A stretch of DNA of 64,000 bases, from positions 10,382-74,381 of the forward strand of contig JAZNBB010000022.1 in the NCBI GenBank assembly GCA_045586845.1, in the 5' to 3' direction. Positions 8,758 through 17,745 of the stretch are shown piece after piece; position 1 is the first letter of the stretch; each line of letters begins with the position of its first letter. The notes under the pieces were generated by a model. It was not told the origin of the DNA. It searched no databases and saw only the letters and a program-made list of their open reading frames with translations. This DNA comes from Eubacteriales bacterium (GTDB lineage Bacteria; Bacillota; Clostridia; Oscillospirales; CAG-272). A program made the translations under genes and the position numbers.

Positions 8758-10077
8758 TTACCTCGTGTAAACAGGATCGGTTACGTCGTAAGCAAGCAGA
8801 TCCTCATACGTTTCGCGGCGGACGACCACGCGCGACGCGCCGTCCTTGATCATGACCAACGGAGGACGGGGGATCTTGTTGTAGTTGGATGCCATGGAGT
8901 GGTGATATGCACCCGTGACCAGCATGGCGAGAGTATCACCGCGTACAGGAGTCTGCAGCATCATGCCCTCGCCTAAAAGGTCACCCGATTCGCAGCATCT
9001 GCCCGCAATCGTTGCGCACAGATCTGCGGGTCGGTCTGCCTTGTTGGCAATCAGCGCGGTGTAAGGGGACCCGTAAAGCGCGTATCTGGGGTTGTCCGGC
9101 ATACCGCCGTCCACAGATACGTAATTTTTAAAGCCGGGGATCTGCTTGACAGAACCCACTGTATAAAGCGTCGCGCCTGCGGCAGCCACGATGGAGCGAC
9201 CGGGCTCAAGGATCACACGGGGCATGGCAATGCCGTTTTGTGCGCACAGCTCTTTAACCTTTTCGGAGATGGTCTTGATGGTTCCCTCGATATCAAGCGT
9301 GGGTTGCTCTTTGATGTAACGCACGCCGAGTCCGCCGCCGAGGTTGAGCTCGTGCAGGCGTGCACCGTGCTTGTGCGTCATGTCTGCCATAAAGGCGACC
9401 ATAATGGCAGCGGCGTCCACAAAGGGTTGCGCGTCAAAAATCTGCGAGCCGATGTGGCAATGGAATCCCTGCAGGTCGATGCCGGGGCAGGAAAGCGCAC
9501 GCAGCACAATTTTTTCGGCTTGTCCGGTAAGAATGGGGGAGCCGAACTTGGAATCCACACCGCCCGTGCTGATTGCCTTGTGGGTGTGGGGATCGATACC
9601 GGGTGTAATACGCAGCAGGATTCTTGCACGCACACAGCGTACAAGGGCTTGCCGGTTTAGTGATTCAAGCTCCTCGGCATTATCCACCACGAACGTGCCA
9701 ACGCCCATGTCAAGAGCCTGTGCAATATCTGCGTCAGTCTTATTATTGCCGTGAAAATAGATGCGGGAGGCGGGAAAGCCCACGCGCTCGGCAATATAAA
9801 GCTCGCCGGGCGAGACACAGTCAATGCCCATGCCTTCCTCTGCTGCTATGCGGTAGATCTCCGCACAGCAAAGCGCTTTGGAGGCAAAGAGCGGCAACGC
9901 GTTCTCTCCGAAATATTGCTTTGCGCAGCGCAAATACAGACGCATCTGCGCACGCACGGCGTTTTCATCGAGCAGATTGACCGGTGTGCCGTATTCTTTT
10001 GCAAGTTGTACCGCGTCAAGACCGCCCACGGTCAGGTGCCCTTGCTCGTTGACATCAAAATGTGGATAGAGAAGCAT
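8758..10077 (-). CDS. lysA: Diaminopimelate decarboxylase
   Basis: PLP-dependent decarboxylase motifs (FASKA lysine region, GGGLGV, CESGD). I prefer the ATG at 10077 (gaggt RBS 6 nt upstream) over the TTG at 10107 in the ORF track. Confidence 0.85.
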   Translation of the reverse strand: MLLYPHFDVNEQGHLTVGGLDAVQLAKEYGTPVNLLDENAVRAQMRLYLRCAKQYFGENALPLFASKALCCAEIYRIAAEEGMGIDCVSPGELYIAERVGFPASRIYFHGNNKTDADIAQALDMGVGTFVVDNAEELESLNRQALVRCVRARILLRITPGIDPHTHKAISTGGVDSKFGSPILTGQAEKIVLRALSCPGIDLQGFHCHIGSQIFDAQPFVDAAAIMVAFMADMTHKHGARLHELNLGGGLGVRYIKEQPTLDIEGTIKTISEKVKELCAQNGIAMPRVILEPGRSIVAAAGATLYTVGSVKQIPGFKNYVSVDGGMPDNPRYALYGSPYTALIANKADRPADLCATIAGRCCESGDLLGEGMMLQTPVRGDTLAMLVTGAYHHSMASNYNKIPRPPLVMIKDGASRVVVRRETYEDLLAYDVTDPVYTR

Positions 10078-10178
10078 GGTAATACCTCGAAATAACGAAA
10101 AATTCAATTCAATTGAAATTTGCCCGCGAGCAAATTTCTGCCATAACGTTTCGCACAGCGAAACATATCACTCCAACG

Positions 10179-10793
10179 TCAGTTGGGGGTGGGAAGGTCT
10201 GCGTGCGAGCAGATGACCTTCCATACCTCGTTTTTGCCCTCACCCTTGAGCGAAGAGAAGGGAATGATGGGTGTACCGTCCGAGATCAGCGGATGGTTTG
10301 TAAGAGCCGTGATATTTTTCTCGCGTTCCGTCTTGTTAAGCTTATCTACCTTGGTTGCAACGATGGCGTAGGGGATCCCGCTCTGATTGAGAAAATCTAC
10401 CATCATTTCGTCGTCGCGGGTCAGCCCCACGCGAGAATCAACAAGTTGCAGTACAAGGCATAAAAGATCCACGTTAGGATTGTTGGTAAAATATCCGTCG
10501 GTCAATGCAGACCACTTTTGCTTGTCTTCGGGATTTCGTGCTGCGAAGCCGTAGCCGGGCAGGTCAACCAGAAACAGCTTTTTGTCCACGTTGTAGAAGT
10601 TGACGGTAATGGTCTTGCCGGGTGCGGAGGAAACGCGCGCTAAGGACTTTCTTCCAAGCAATGTGTTGAGCAATGAGCTTTTCCCCACGTTGGAGCGCCC
10701 CGAGAAGGCGACCTGCGGGATGGGATTGGTGGGGAACTGCTTGGCAAACCCCGCGCTGATCTGCAGTTGTGCATTCTGTGTGATAAAAGCCAT
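10179..10793 (-). CDS. engB: Ribosome biogenesis GTP-binding protein YihA/YsxC
   Basis: G1 motif GRSNVGKSSLLN, DLPGYG, TKVDK. Start overlaps the lon stop (TAATG). Confidence 0.85.
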   Translation of the reverse strand: MAFITQNAQLQISAGFAKQFPTNPIPQVAFSGRSNVGKSSLLNTLLGRKSLARVSSAPGKTITVNFYNVDKKLFLVDLPGYGFAARNPEDKQKWSALTDGYFTNNPNVDLLCLVLQLVDSRVGLTRDDEMMVDFLNQSGIPYAIVATKVDKLNKTEREKNITALTNHPLISDGTPIIPFSSLKGEGKNEVWKVICSHADLPTPN

Positions 10794-13237
10794 TATTTTA
10801 CCTCTGTAAACGACGTAGCGGGAATACGGCTTGTGCTGTTCGCTACGGGAATGAAGTTGGAAAGGTCAGGGGTCTTGGTCAATGCCCGGGGCGCTTCGGA
10901 CTGTACCAACGCGACGGCGAGCACATCCTCTATGCGGCTGCAGGGAACAAAGTGCACGTATTCCTTGACCTCGGGATCCAGCTCGTGCATATCGCGCATA
11001 TTGTCTGCGGGAATACATACGGTAGTTGCACCTGCTGCATAAGCAGCGAGCGATTTTTCCTTGAGTCCGCCGATGGCAAGTACTCTGCCGCGCAGCGTGA
11101 TCTCGCCTGTCATAGCGACTGTGCGGCGCACGGGAATACCCGCAAGCGCGCTGATCATGGCGGTGGCAATGGTCACGCCTGCGCTGGGACCGTCCTTGGG
11201 CACAGCACCCTCAGGTACGTGTACGTGAATGTCCTTTTTAGTATAAAAATCGGTGGGAATGTCCCAATTTGCGGCAACCGAGCGAGTGTAGGTCAGCGCT
11301 GCCTTGGCGCTTTCCTTCATCACGTCGCCAAGTGAGCCGGTCAACTCCAGTTTGCCCGTGCCGTCGGTTACAGCAACCTCCACGCGCAAAACGTCGCCGC
11401 CCACCTCGGTCCAGGCAAGGCCGTTGACCTCACCCACCTCGTCCATGGACGAGATTGCGTCCGGCAAACGTTTGCGCGGGCCAAGGTAGCCCGGAATATC
11501 ACAGGCGTCTATGACCAGTCTTTTGGACTGTTCTTCTACGATTTTTTTGGCTGCCTTGCGGCAAAGGTCGGCAATGGCACGCTCTAAGTTTCGCACGCCG
11601 GCTTCACGGGTATAGTATTCGATCAGCTCATCCACGGCTGCGTCGGTGATCTTGACCGTGCGTTTGTTCAGTCCATGGCGAGTCAGCTGCTTGCCGATCA
11701 GGTGATTTTTGGCAATGCTGCGCTTTTCGTTCTTTGTATATGTTTTGAGCTCAATGATCTCCATGCGGTCGATCAAGGGACGCGGTACAGTCTCAAGTGT
11801 GTTCGCGGTTGCAATGAATAAGCAGTCGGAAAGATCAAAGGGCAGTTCCACAAAGTGGTCGCGGAAATATTTGTTCTGCTCAGGGTCCAGTACCTCCAGA
11901 AGGGCAGAGGAGGGATCGCCGTGTGCGCTGATCGAAAGTTTGTCGATCTCATCCAAGAGGATCAGCGGATTACGCACACCGGCACGGGATACTGCATCGA
12001 TGATCCTGCCCGGCATAGAGCCGATGTATGTCTTTCTGTGACCGCGAATGTCAGCTTCGTCACGCACGCCGCCCAAAGACACGCGCACGTATTTACGCTT
12101 CATAGCACGCGCGACCGATGCGGCGATCGAGGTTTTACCCACGCCGGGAGGGCCGACCAAGCAAATGATCTGATTTTTGAGCTCGGGGGAGAGCTGCTTG
12201 ACCGCAAGAAATTCGAGAATACGCTCCTTGACTTTGTCAAGCCCGTCGTGGTCAGCGTCCAGTATCTTCTTGGCAGCCGCGATATTAACACGGTCCTTGG
12301 TAGATTTATTCCAGGGCAGCGACAGGCAGACGTCTAAGTAATTTTCGATTACACTCGATTCCGCAGAGCCAAAAGGTGTGCGGGAAAGGCGGTCGTTTTC
12401 CTTGAGCAGCTTTTTCTCTACCTCTTCGGGCAAACGAGCCTGCATGATGCGCTTCTTGTTTTCGTAAATCTCGTTGTCGCCCTCGCCAAGCTCCTCCTGC
12501 AGGGTGCGGATCTGCTCGCGCATATAGTATTCCTTTTGGTGTCTGGCAATGCGCTCACGCACACGTCCGTGGATCATGGCATCACATTCCAGTATTTCTG
12601 CTTCGTGGTCCAGCATCATGGTCACGGTTTCAATACGGATCATGGGATCAAAGCATTCCAGTACCGTCTGCTTATCTTCGGGGCGGATCAAAACGTTTGC
12701 AGCAATCAAGTCAGCAAGCATACCGGGGTCCTTGAGAGCGTGTGCAGCGTGTATGATCTCCTCACCGGAGGCGGGCAGATGGTGTACAACACGTTCCATC
12801 GCGTCCAGGGCGCGACGCATATAAGCTTCGGCACGAATGCCCCCGTTGTCCTTGAGCACATAGGATTTGCACATTACCTCGGCGTAGGTGGCGTCCTCGG
12901 TGGAGTGCAGAGCTGTCAGCATACCGCGCGTCATACCCACGGCAATGGCACGACTTTGCCCGTCACCGGATTTCACCAACTGTCTGATCTTGGCAATTGT
13001 ACCAACGCGATACAGCTTGGAGAGAGAGGGTTCGCCTCCGTCCGGCTCGGAGGGGTCACGCAAAGCGACTAAAAGTACGGGCAAAGAGCCTTGCGCTGCA
13101 AGCTTTGCAGCGTGTGCTGATCCAAAGCTGTCCTCGGCAATATCAAAATTTACGGTTGCGCCGGGGAAGGTGACAATGCCGCGTAATGCGATCACGGGCA
13201 TGGTCATGCTCTCGGCTTTTTCTATATATCCTGACAT
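10793..13237 (-). CDS. lon: ATP-dependent Lon protease (LonA)
   Basis: 814 aa with a LON N-domain, Walker [10 protein letters not shown] and protease motif PKDGPSAG. Confidence 0.95.
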   Translation of the reverse strand: MSGYIEKAESMTMPVIALRGIVTFPGATVNFDIAEDSFGSAHAAKLAAQGSLPVLLVALRDPSEPDGGEPSLSKLYRVGTIAKIRQLVKSGDGQSRAIAVGMTRGMLTALHSTEDATYAEVMCKSYVLKDNGGIRAEAYMRRALDAMERVVHHLPASGEEIIHAAHALKDPGMLADLIAANVLIRPEDKQTVLECFDPMIRIETVTMMLDHEAEILECDAMIHGRVRERIARHQKEYYMREQIRTLQEELGEGDNEIYENKKRIMQARLPEEVEKKLLKENDRLSRTPFGSAESSVIENYLDVCLSLPWNKSTKDRVNIAAAKKILDADHDGLDKVKERILEFLAVKQLSPELKNQIICLVGPPGVGKTSIAASVARAMKRKYVRVSLGGVRDEADIRGHRKTYIGSMPGRIIDAVSRAGVRNPLILLDEIDKLSISAHGDPSSALLEVLDPEQNKYFRDHFVELPFDLSDCLFIATANTLETVPRPLIDRMEIIELKTYTKNEKRSIAKNHLIGKQLTRHGLNKRTVKITDAAVDELIEYYTREAGVRNLERAIADLCRKAAKKIVEEQSKRLVIDACDIPGYLGPRKRLPDAISSMDEVGEVNGLAWTEVGGDVLRVEVAVTDGTGKLELTGSLGDVMKESAKAALTYTRSVAANWDIPTDFYTKKDIHVHVPEGAVPKDGPSAGVTIATAMISALAGIPVRRTVAMTGEITLRGRVLAIGGLKEKSLAAYAAGATTVCIPADNMRDMHELDPEVKEYVHFVPCSRIEDVLAVALVQSEAPRALTKTPDLSNFIPVANSTSRIPATSFTEVK

Positions 13238-13316
13238 ACGATAGATTCCTTTCCAAAACAGGGTAATGCGATATATATAACGCCGGATTGGCGGGATAAT
13301 ACTATATCAACTTAGC

Positions 13317-13345
13317 ATTATAGCACAAGGGCGAAAAAAATGCTA
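13317..13345 (-). promoter_or_regulatory. Possible extended -10 promoter for lon
   Basis: Minus strand reads TGCTATAAT (plus 13317-13325). The -35 is weak (TAGCAT at 13340-13345). About 75 nt upstream of the lon ATG. Confidence 0.35.
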
Positions 13346-13400
13346 TACCTTTCAAGGTTTATTTACAATTATTATATAGTTTTTTTCAAAAAAAACATCG

Positions 13401-13420
13401 TAAATGTGCAAAAATGTGCA
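13401..13420. repeat. Exact tandem 10-bp direct repeat AAATGTGCAA x2
   Basis: 13401-13410 and 13411-13420 are identical. Located between the candidate sRNA terminator and the putative lon promoter. Confidence 0.9.
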
Positions 13421-13443
13421 AAAAAGTCGGATAGAGTACAAAG

Positions 13444-13620
13444 AAAAAACGGAATCGGTATAAACCGATCCCGCTTCCGTGTTCGCTCGCGTAAATTCTC
13501 GGTGCGAACGAAGCCGGTGCATCGTTTGGCGTCTTCGCACGCTTGATATCATGAGATTGATATTCCGCAAAGTCCGACTTGAGCTGCACCTTTCCGACGG
13601 AACGTCTGCTTCCGTCGAGC
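13444..13620 (-). ncRNA. Candidate structured small RNA or terminated leader (family unknown)
   Basis: Minus-strand promoter at 13627-13654, a 5' 8-bp hairpin (13595-13617), a long-range helix (13574-13590 with 13501-13517) and an intrinsic terminator (9-bp stem 13450-13473 plus U-tract 13444-13449). No RBS-preceded ORF. Confidence 0.35.
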
Positions 13621-13626
13621 ATGATT

Positions 13627-13654
13627 ATTATACCGCATTTGCTGCGTTTTGTAA
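13627..13654 (-). promoter_or_regulatory. Putative sigma-A promoter of the candidate sRNA
   Basis: Minus strand reads TTACAA (13649-13654), 16-nt spacer, TATAAT (13627-13632). Confidence 0.4.
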
Positions 13655-13904
13655 ATTAGCAAAGTTGACGATTTTTGACGAGTTATTTCGTGAAAACAAC
13701 TACCATTGAGAATTTCGACAGGGTTTTTGCAAAGCATTTTGGCTATTTTCCCGATAGACATATATGTCGTACCAAACGGACGTTCGCTTGATTGTGATGC
13801 CAAAGGTTGACTCTGACCGAAAAGGCAGCGGGGCAGGGACGTCCTAACAAGATCAAAGTCTGATATTGAATATCGAAATTTCCGAAATTTTTTCCGCAAA
13901 CCTA

Positions 13905-13933
13905 TTGACAAACTCGTTTGCTTGTGGTAAAAT
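13905..13933 (+). promoter_or_regulatory. sigma-A promoter of the infC-rpmI-rplT operon
   Basis: TTGACA (13905-13910), 17-nt spacer, extended -10 TGgTAAAAT (13925-13933). Confidence 0.7.
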
Positions 13934-13939
13934 GGCACG

Positions 13940-14075
13940 GTAAATGAAGTGAAGCCCCTCGGTTTCCACCCTGCCGCCCATGAGCGCGCACGGGTTGATA
14001 TTCTCTTATCTTGTGCCGCAGAGTCGGTGCAGTGGGCGTACGGGGGCAGATTGCTTCTGTACGATTTTTATTTTT
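13940..14075 (+). promoter_or_regulatory. Ribosomal protein L20-type leader (infC operon attenuator)
   Basis: About 135-nt GC-rich leader between the promoter and the infC RBS, ending in an intrinsic terminator. Position matches the Firmicute L20 leader. Confidence 0.55.
14037..14075 (+). terminator. Leader attenuator hairpin upstream of infC
   Basis: 10-bp stem (14037-14046 with 14054-14063, three G-U pairs), 7-nt loop, then ATTTTTATTTTT immediately before the GGAGG RBS. Confidence 0.55.
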
Positions 14076-14090
14076 CGGAGGTGTTTACCT

Positions 14091-14615
14091 ATCGCTACCA
14101 ATCAAAAAGACACGCTTATTAATGAAGAGATCAACTGTGAGCAGATCCGCGTGATCGGCACGGACGGTGCAATGCTGGGCATTATGAGTTCTGAACAGGC
14201 ACTCTCGATGGCCTATGACAAGTCGCTGGACCTTGTGATGATGTCGCCCGACGCAAATCCTCCCGTGTGCAAGATCATGGACTACGGCAAATATCGCTTT
14301 GAAAAGGATAAGCGCGAAAAGGAAGCCAAGAAAAAGCAGCAGGTCATTGAGATCAAGGAGATCCAGCTTTCCTGCCGCATCGACACCCACGACTACGAGA
14401 CCAAGATGAAGAGAGGCCGCAAGTTCCTGGAGGCAGGTAACAAGGTCAAGGTCGTTCTGGTTTTCCACGGTCGTGAAATGAGCCACCAGCAGTTGGGTAA
14501 GGATATGATCGACAGATTTATTGCCGACTGTGCCGACCTTGGTACCACCGATAAGAAACCGGTGTTGAACGGTAAGCTGCTCAGCGTAGTCATTTCGCCC
14601 GTTAAGAAAAAATAA
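14091..14615 (+). CDS. infC: Translation initiation factor IF-3, probable non-AUG (ATC) start
   Basis: IF-3 N- and C-domain sequence (INEEINCEQIRVIGTDG ... VCKIMDYGKY ... KVKVVLVFHGRE). GGAGG at 14077-14081 sits 9 nt before the in-frame ATC at 14091. The upstream ATG at 13980 lies inside the leader and terminator. Confidence 0.8.
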   Translation: MATNQKDTLINEEINCEQIRVIGTDGAMLGIMSSEQALSMAYDKSLDLVMMSPDANPPVCKIMDYGKYRFEKDKREKEAKKKQQVIEIKEIQLSCRIDTHDYETKMKRGRKFLEAGNKVKVVLVFHGREMSHQQLGKDMIDRFIADCADLGTTDKKPVLNGKLLSVVISPVKKK

Positions 14616-14723
14616 GTTTCGTTCATTTTATTATCCCAAAGGTGCGCCCTTTCCATTGCGCCCCGAGGGAAAAATGATAGTGCCGTGTGCACGCCAATCA
14701 AAATTGAAAAGGAGAAAAGTAAA

Positions 14724-14921
14724 ATGGGAAAGGTTAAGACACATAAGGCTTCGGCTAAGAGATTTTCCGTTACCGGAACCGGCAAGGTTAAGATGAACCA
14801 CAGCCACCACCGCCACAAGCTGGGCATTAAGGATCAGAAGAGAAAGAGACATCTGCGCACCGGTGCAACCATCGCAAGCGCAAAGGTCGCTGCAAACATC
14901 AGAGAACTGATTCAGAAGTAA
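14724..14921 (+). CDS. rpmI: 50S ribosomal protein L35
   Basis: [14 protein letters not shown]... is the typical L35 N-terminus. RBS aaaggag lies upstream. The ATG at 14685 in the track is an upstream extension. Confidence 0.9.
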   Translation: MGKVKTHKASAKRFSVTGTGKVKMNHSHHRHKLGIKDQKRKRHLRTGATIASAKVAANIRELIQK

Positions 14922-14953
14922 TCGGAAAAAATTAGCAGAAGGAGGATAAGAAA

Positions 14954-15307
14954 ATGGCAAGAGTTAAGGGCGCTATGATGGCGCGCAAGAGAAGAAATAA
15001 AGTTCTGAAGGCTGCAAAGGGCTACTGGGGTTCCAAGTCCAAGCATTTCAAGATGGCTAAGCAAGCCGTCATGAAGAGTGGCAACTATGCATTTGCCGGC
15101 AGAAAGATCAAGAAGAGAGATTTCCGCCGTCTGTGGATCACCAGAATTTCCGCAGCTTGCAAGGCAAACGGTATGAACTACTCTACCTTTATGAACGGTC
15201 TGAAGAAGGCTAATGTAACCTTGAACAGAAAGATGCTGTCTGAGATCGCAATCAGCGATCCCGCTGCATTCACCGCTCTGTGCGAGCAGGCTAAGGCTGC
15301 TCTGTAA
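14954..15307 (+). CDS. rplT: 50S ribosomal protein L20
   Basis: [19 protein letters not shown]... is the typical L20 sequence. RBS gaaggagg. Confidence 0.95.
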   Translation: MARVKGAMMARKRRNKVLKAAKGYWGSKSKHFKMAKQAVMKSGNYAFAGRKIKKRDFRRLWITRISAACKANGMNYSTFMNGLKKANVTLNRKMLSEIAISDPAAFTALCEQAKAAL

Positions 15308-15317
15308 TTGCATATAA

Positions 15318-15360
15318 GGGATGCTTACACACGTGTGCGGGCATCCCTGTTGCGTTTTTT
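15318..15360 (+). terminator. Rho-independent terminator after rplT
   Basis: GGGATGC (15318-15324) pairs with GCATCCC (15341-15347), with an internal CACACGTGTG palindrome. T-run at 15355-15360. Confidence 0.65.
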
Positions 15361-15499
15361 GGCGCAGGGAAAATCCTTGTAAAAAAAAGGATTTTGGCGC
15401 AAATATGGGCTGTATGCGCGTGCCTTTGAGTGATGTGCGACAGCCCGTTTTCCCTTGAAAAAGCCCTTTTGCGGGCACCCTTTATACGGAGGATTCTGT

Positions 15500-16354
15500 A
15501 TGGAACACACCCCCATGATCATCACGTCAAGGCAAAATGCACAGGTCAGTCTGGCGTGCAAGCTGAGCGAAAAAAAGTACCGTCAGAGCGAGCGGATGTT
15601 TCGATTTGACGGCGTCAAGCTGTTTTGCGAAGCGGTTGCGCGCGGTGTGGAGCTTGCATTTGTTTTGGTGGATGACACCCAAAAGGACAGCGTGGATGCC
15701 AAGGCACACAGTCTGTACGGATTGGGTATTGATAACGCAAACTGCCGCATTTTGTATCTCTCTCATGAGCTTTTTGTCAAGATTTCGGACGAAAATGCAC
15801 CGGAGGGCATCATTTGCGTGGCAAAATATATTGACAAATTTCATAAAGTTGCTACAATAAATAGTAGTCACGAGGAGATCGCATCTGTTCTCTCGCCCGG
15901 AAGCGGACGTGTTTTGTTGTGTGAATCGTTGCGTGATCCGGGCAACATGGGTACCGTGGTGCGCACTGCGTTTGCCTTTGGTATTGATTGGCTGATTCTC
16001 AGCGGTGACTGTGCTGACGTGTATAATCCCAAGGTGCTGCGCGGTGCGATGGGCACGCTGTTTTCCCAGCGCATTTTGCGTGTGGATGACCTGGCAGCCA
16101 CCATTGAAATGATGCGTGCATCGGGTAGACGCGTATATGCCGCTGCGCTTGACGAAAGTGCTTGCAGGCTTGGCAGCTTTGCCTTTGGTAAGGAGGATTG
16201 TGCTGTGATCGGTAATGAGGGACACGGGCTTTCCGAGCGAGTGCTCAAGGCTTGCGATGCAAACGTGTACATCCCCATGACGGGCAACGCAGAGTCACTC
16301 AATGCATCTGTTGCGGCTGCCGTGCTGATGTGGGAAATGTGCCGCAACGATTAA
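15500..16354 (+). CDS. TrmH/SpoU-family RNA 2'-O-methyltransferase
   Basis: SpoU methylase motifs (LRDPGNMGTVVRTA, VIGNEGHGLS, ESLNASVAAAV). The ATG at 15500 has RBS acggagga 6 nt upstream. Confidence 0.8.
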   Translation: MEHTPMIITSRQNAQVSLACKLSEKKYRQSERMFRFDGVKLFCEAVARGVELAFVLVDDTQKDSVDAKAHSLYGLGIDNANCRILYLSHELFVKISDENAPEGIICVAKYIDKFHKVATINSSHEEIASVLSPGSGRVLLCESLRDPGNMGTVVRTAFAFGIDWLILSGDCADVYNPKVLRGAMGTLFSQRILRVDDLAATIEMMRASGRRVYAAALDESACRLGSFAFGKEDCAVIGNEGHGLSERVLKACDANVYIPMTGNAESLNASVAAAVLMWEMCRND

Positions 16355-16391
16355 AAACAACACAATCTTACGTATGAAAGGAGCCGTTTGT

Positions 16392-17714
16392 ATGAAAGGG
16401 AACGAAACCTTATTTTCAATATGGCTATCGCTTTGCACCGGTGTGGCAAACACCGAATTTGCCCCACTGATCACGCAATTCGGCTCGGCATACGCGCTGT
16501 TTTGTGCGCAGGAGAGCGAGATTGAAGCGTTGGATATCAGTGAGAGTCTTAAGGGTAAGCTGTGCAACAAGTCGTTAGACGAGGCTTACGGTATCATCGA
16601 GTACTGTCAAAATCATGGCGTAGGCATTTTATCCTACACGGATCCCGTATATCCGAGCACCTTGCGAGCAATCAAGGCACCGCCCTGTGTGCTGTATTAC
16701 AAAGGCAAGCTGCCCGACTTTGAAAAAAGTCTGTTTATCAGTATGGTAGGCACGCGCAGCATGAGTGAATACGGCAAGGAGATGGCGTACAGAATCTCGT
16801 ATGAGCTGGCAAGCACGGGGACTGTGATCGTCAGCGGTATGGCGTTGGGAGTTGATGCGGCTTGTGCTGTAGGTGCGCTTGCAGCCAAGGGGTGTACCGT
16901 TGCGGTGTTAGGCTGCGGTATTGACGTGCCGTATCCCCGTCAGCATGAGAGGCTGATGCATGCCATTGCCGAGCACGGACTCGTACTGACAGAATTCCCG
17001 CCATCCACGCCGCCCAGAGGCTACCATTTTCCGATCCGAAACCGCATCATCAGCGGACTTGGCGCAGGTACACTGGTAGTAGAAGCCGATCTCGGAAGCG
17101 GTGCGCTGATCACTGCAAGGGAGGCGATCGTGCAGGGAAAGGATATATACGCCGTCCCCGGTAACGTGGGCGATCAAAACACCTCGGGTACCAACGCACT
17201 CATCCGTGACGGTGCCGCAGTCGTTCTGGGCGCACGCGACATCCTGCAAAATTATGCTTTTCTGTACCGCGACAGTGTGGATACAGCCCGCTTAATGCGT
17301 GCACAGGAGCGTTCCGATCCTGATCCCGCTGTGTTTGCACGCTACGGCGTGGGACTTCCCGCGGCACAGGTGCCCGCCAAGAGCGTGCGAACGGTGCGTG
17401 AGGAACAAGGTGTGGTCCCAAAAGCAACTGCTTTTAAGGCGACCGGTCCCGAGCAGACCGACTCCCCGAAGTCGGATACTGTACCGACGCAGCCCGCAAG
17501 AGAGCCGGATCATGACGATTCCGCCGAGGTGCTGGCGCAATTATCACAAAGACAGCGCGAAATGTTCGCGCAGATCCCGCTGGACAAGGCGATCTCGGCT
17601 GAATGGCTTACACGCTGCGGCTATCCCGCACATGAGGTCATGATGGCATTGACGATATTTGAGATCAAGGGCTTGATCAGTTCGCTGCCGGGCGGACTTT
17701 ACACAAGAAAATAA
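16392..17714 (+). CDS. dprA: DNA-processing protein DprA (Smf)
   Basis: Rossmann-like DprA core (VSGMALGVDAA, FPIRNRIISGL), a long low-complexity linker, then a C-terminal winged-helix-like segment. The ATG at 16392 follows gaaaggag. Confidence 0.85.
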   Translation: MKGNETLFSIWLSLCTGVANTEFAPLITQFGSAYALFCAQESEIEALDISESLKGKLCNKSLDEAYGIIEYCQNHGVGILSYTDPVYPSTLRAIKAPPCVLYYKGKLPDFEKSLFISMVGTRSMSEYGKEMAYRISYELASTGTVIVSGMALGVDAACAVGALAAKGCTVAVLGCGIDVPYPRQHERLMHAIAEHGLVLTEFPPSTPPRGYHFPIRNRIISGLGAGTLVVEADLGSGALITAREAIVQGKDIYAVPGNVGDQNTSGTNALIRDGAAVVLGARDILQNYAFLYRDSVDTARLMRAQERSDPDPAVFARYGVGLPAAQVPAKSVRTVREEQGVVPKATAFKATGPEQTDSPKSDTVPTQPAREPDHDDSAEVLAQLSQRQREMFAQIPLDKAISAEWLTRCGYPAHEVMMALTIFEIKGLISSLPGGLYTRK

Positions 17715-17745
17715 TACCGTATACGGAAAGGATAATAGATAACGT

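Noticed and set aside
13595-13617. GGAAGCAG in the 5' hairpin looked like the SRP RNA domain IV motif. A 6S RNA was also considered for 13444-13620.
   Set aside because: The surrounding structure is a simple 8-bp hairpin without the symmetric and asymmetric loops of SRP RNA. The 5' and 3' ends do not pair into the long closing stem with central bubble expected of 6S RNA.
13386-13622. 78-aa minus-strand ORF inside the candidate sRNA region. Also the other 60-130-aa ORFs at 13340-13938.
   Set aside because: There is no Shine-Dalgarno sequence. The reading frame runs through the intrinsic terminator and A/T-rich promoter DNA. The sequence is low-complexity and implausible as a protein.
13980-14090. 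ATG at 13980 as the infC start (211-aa version in the ORF track).
   Set aside because: The extension runs through the leader and its terminator hairpin, has no RBS, and adds residues unlike any IF-3. GGAGG plus the ATC at 14091 fits much better.
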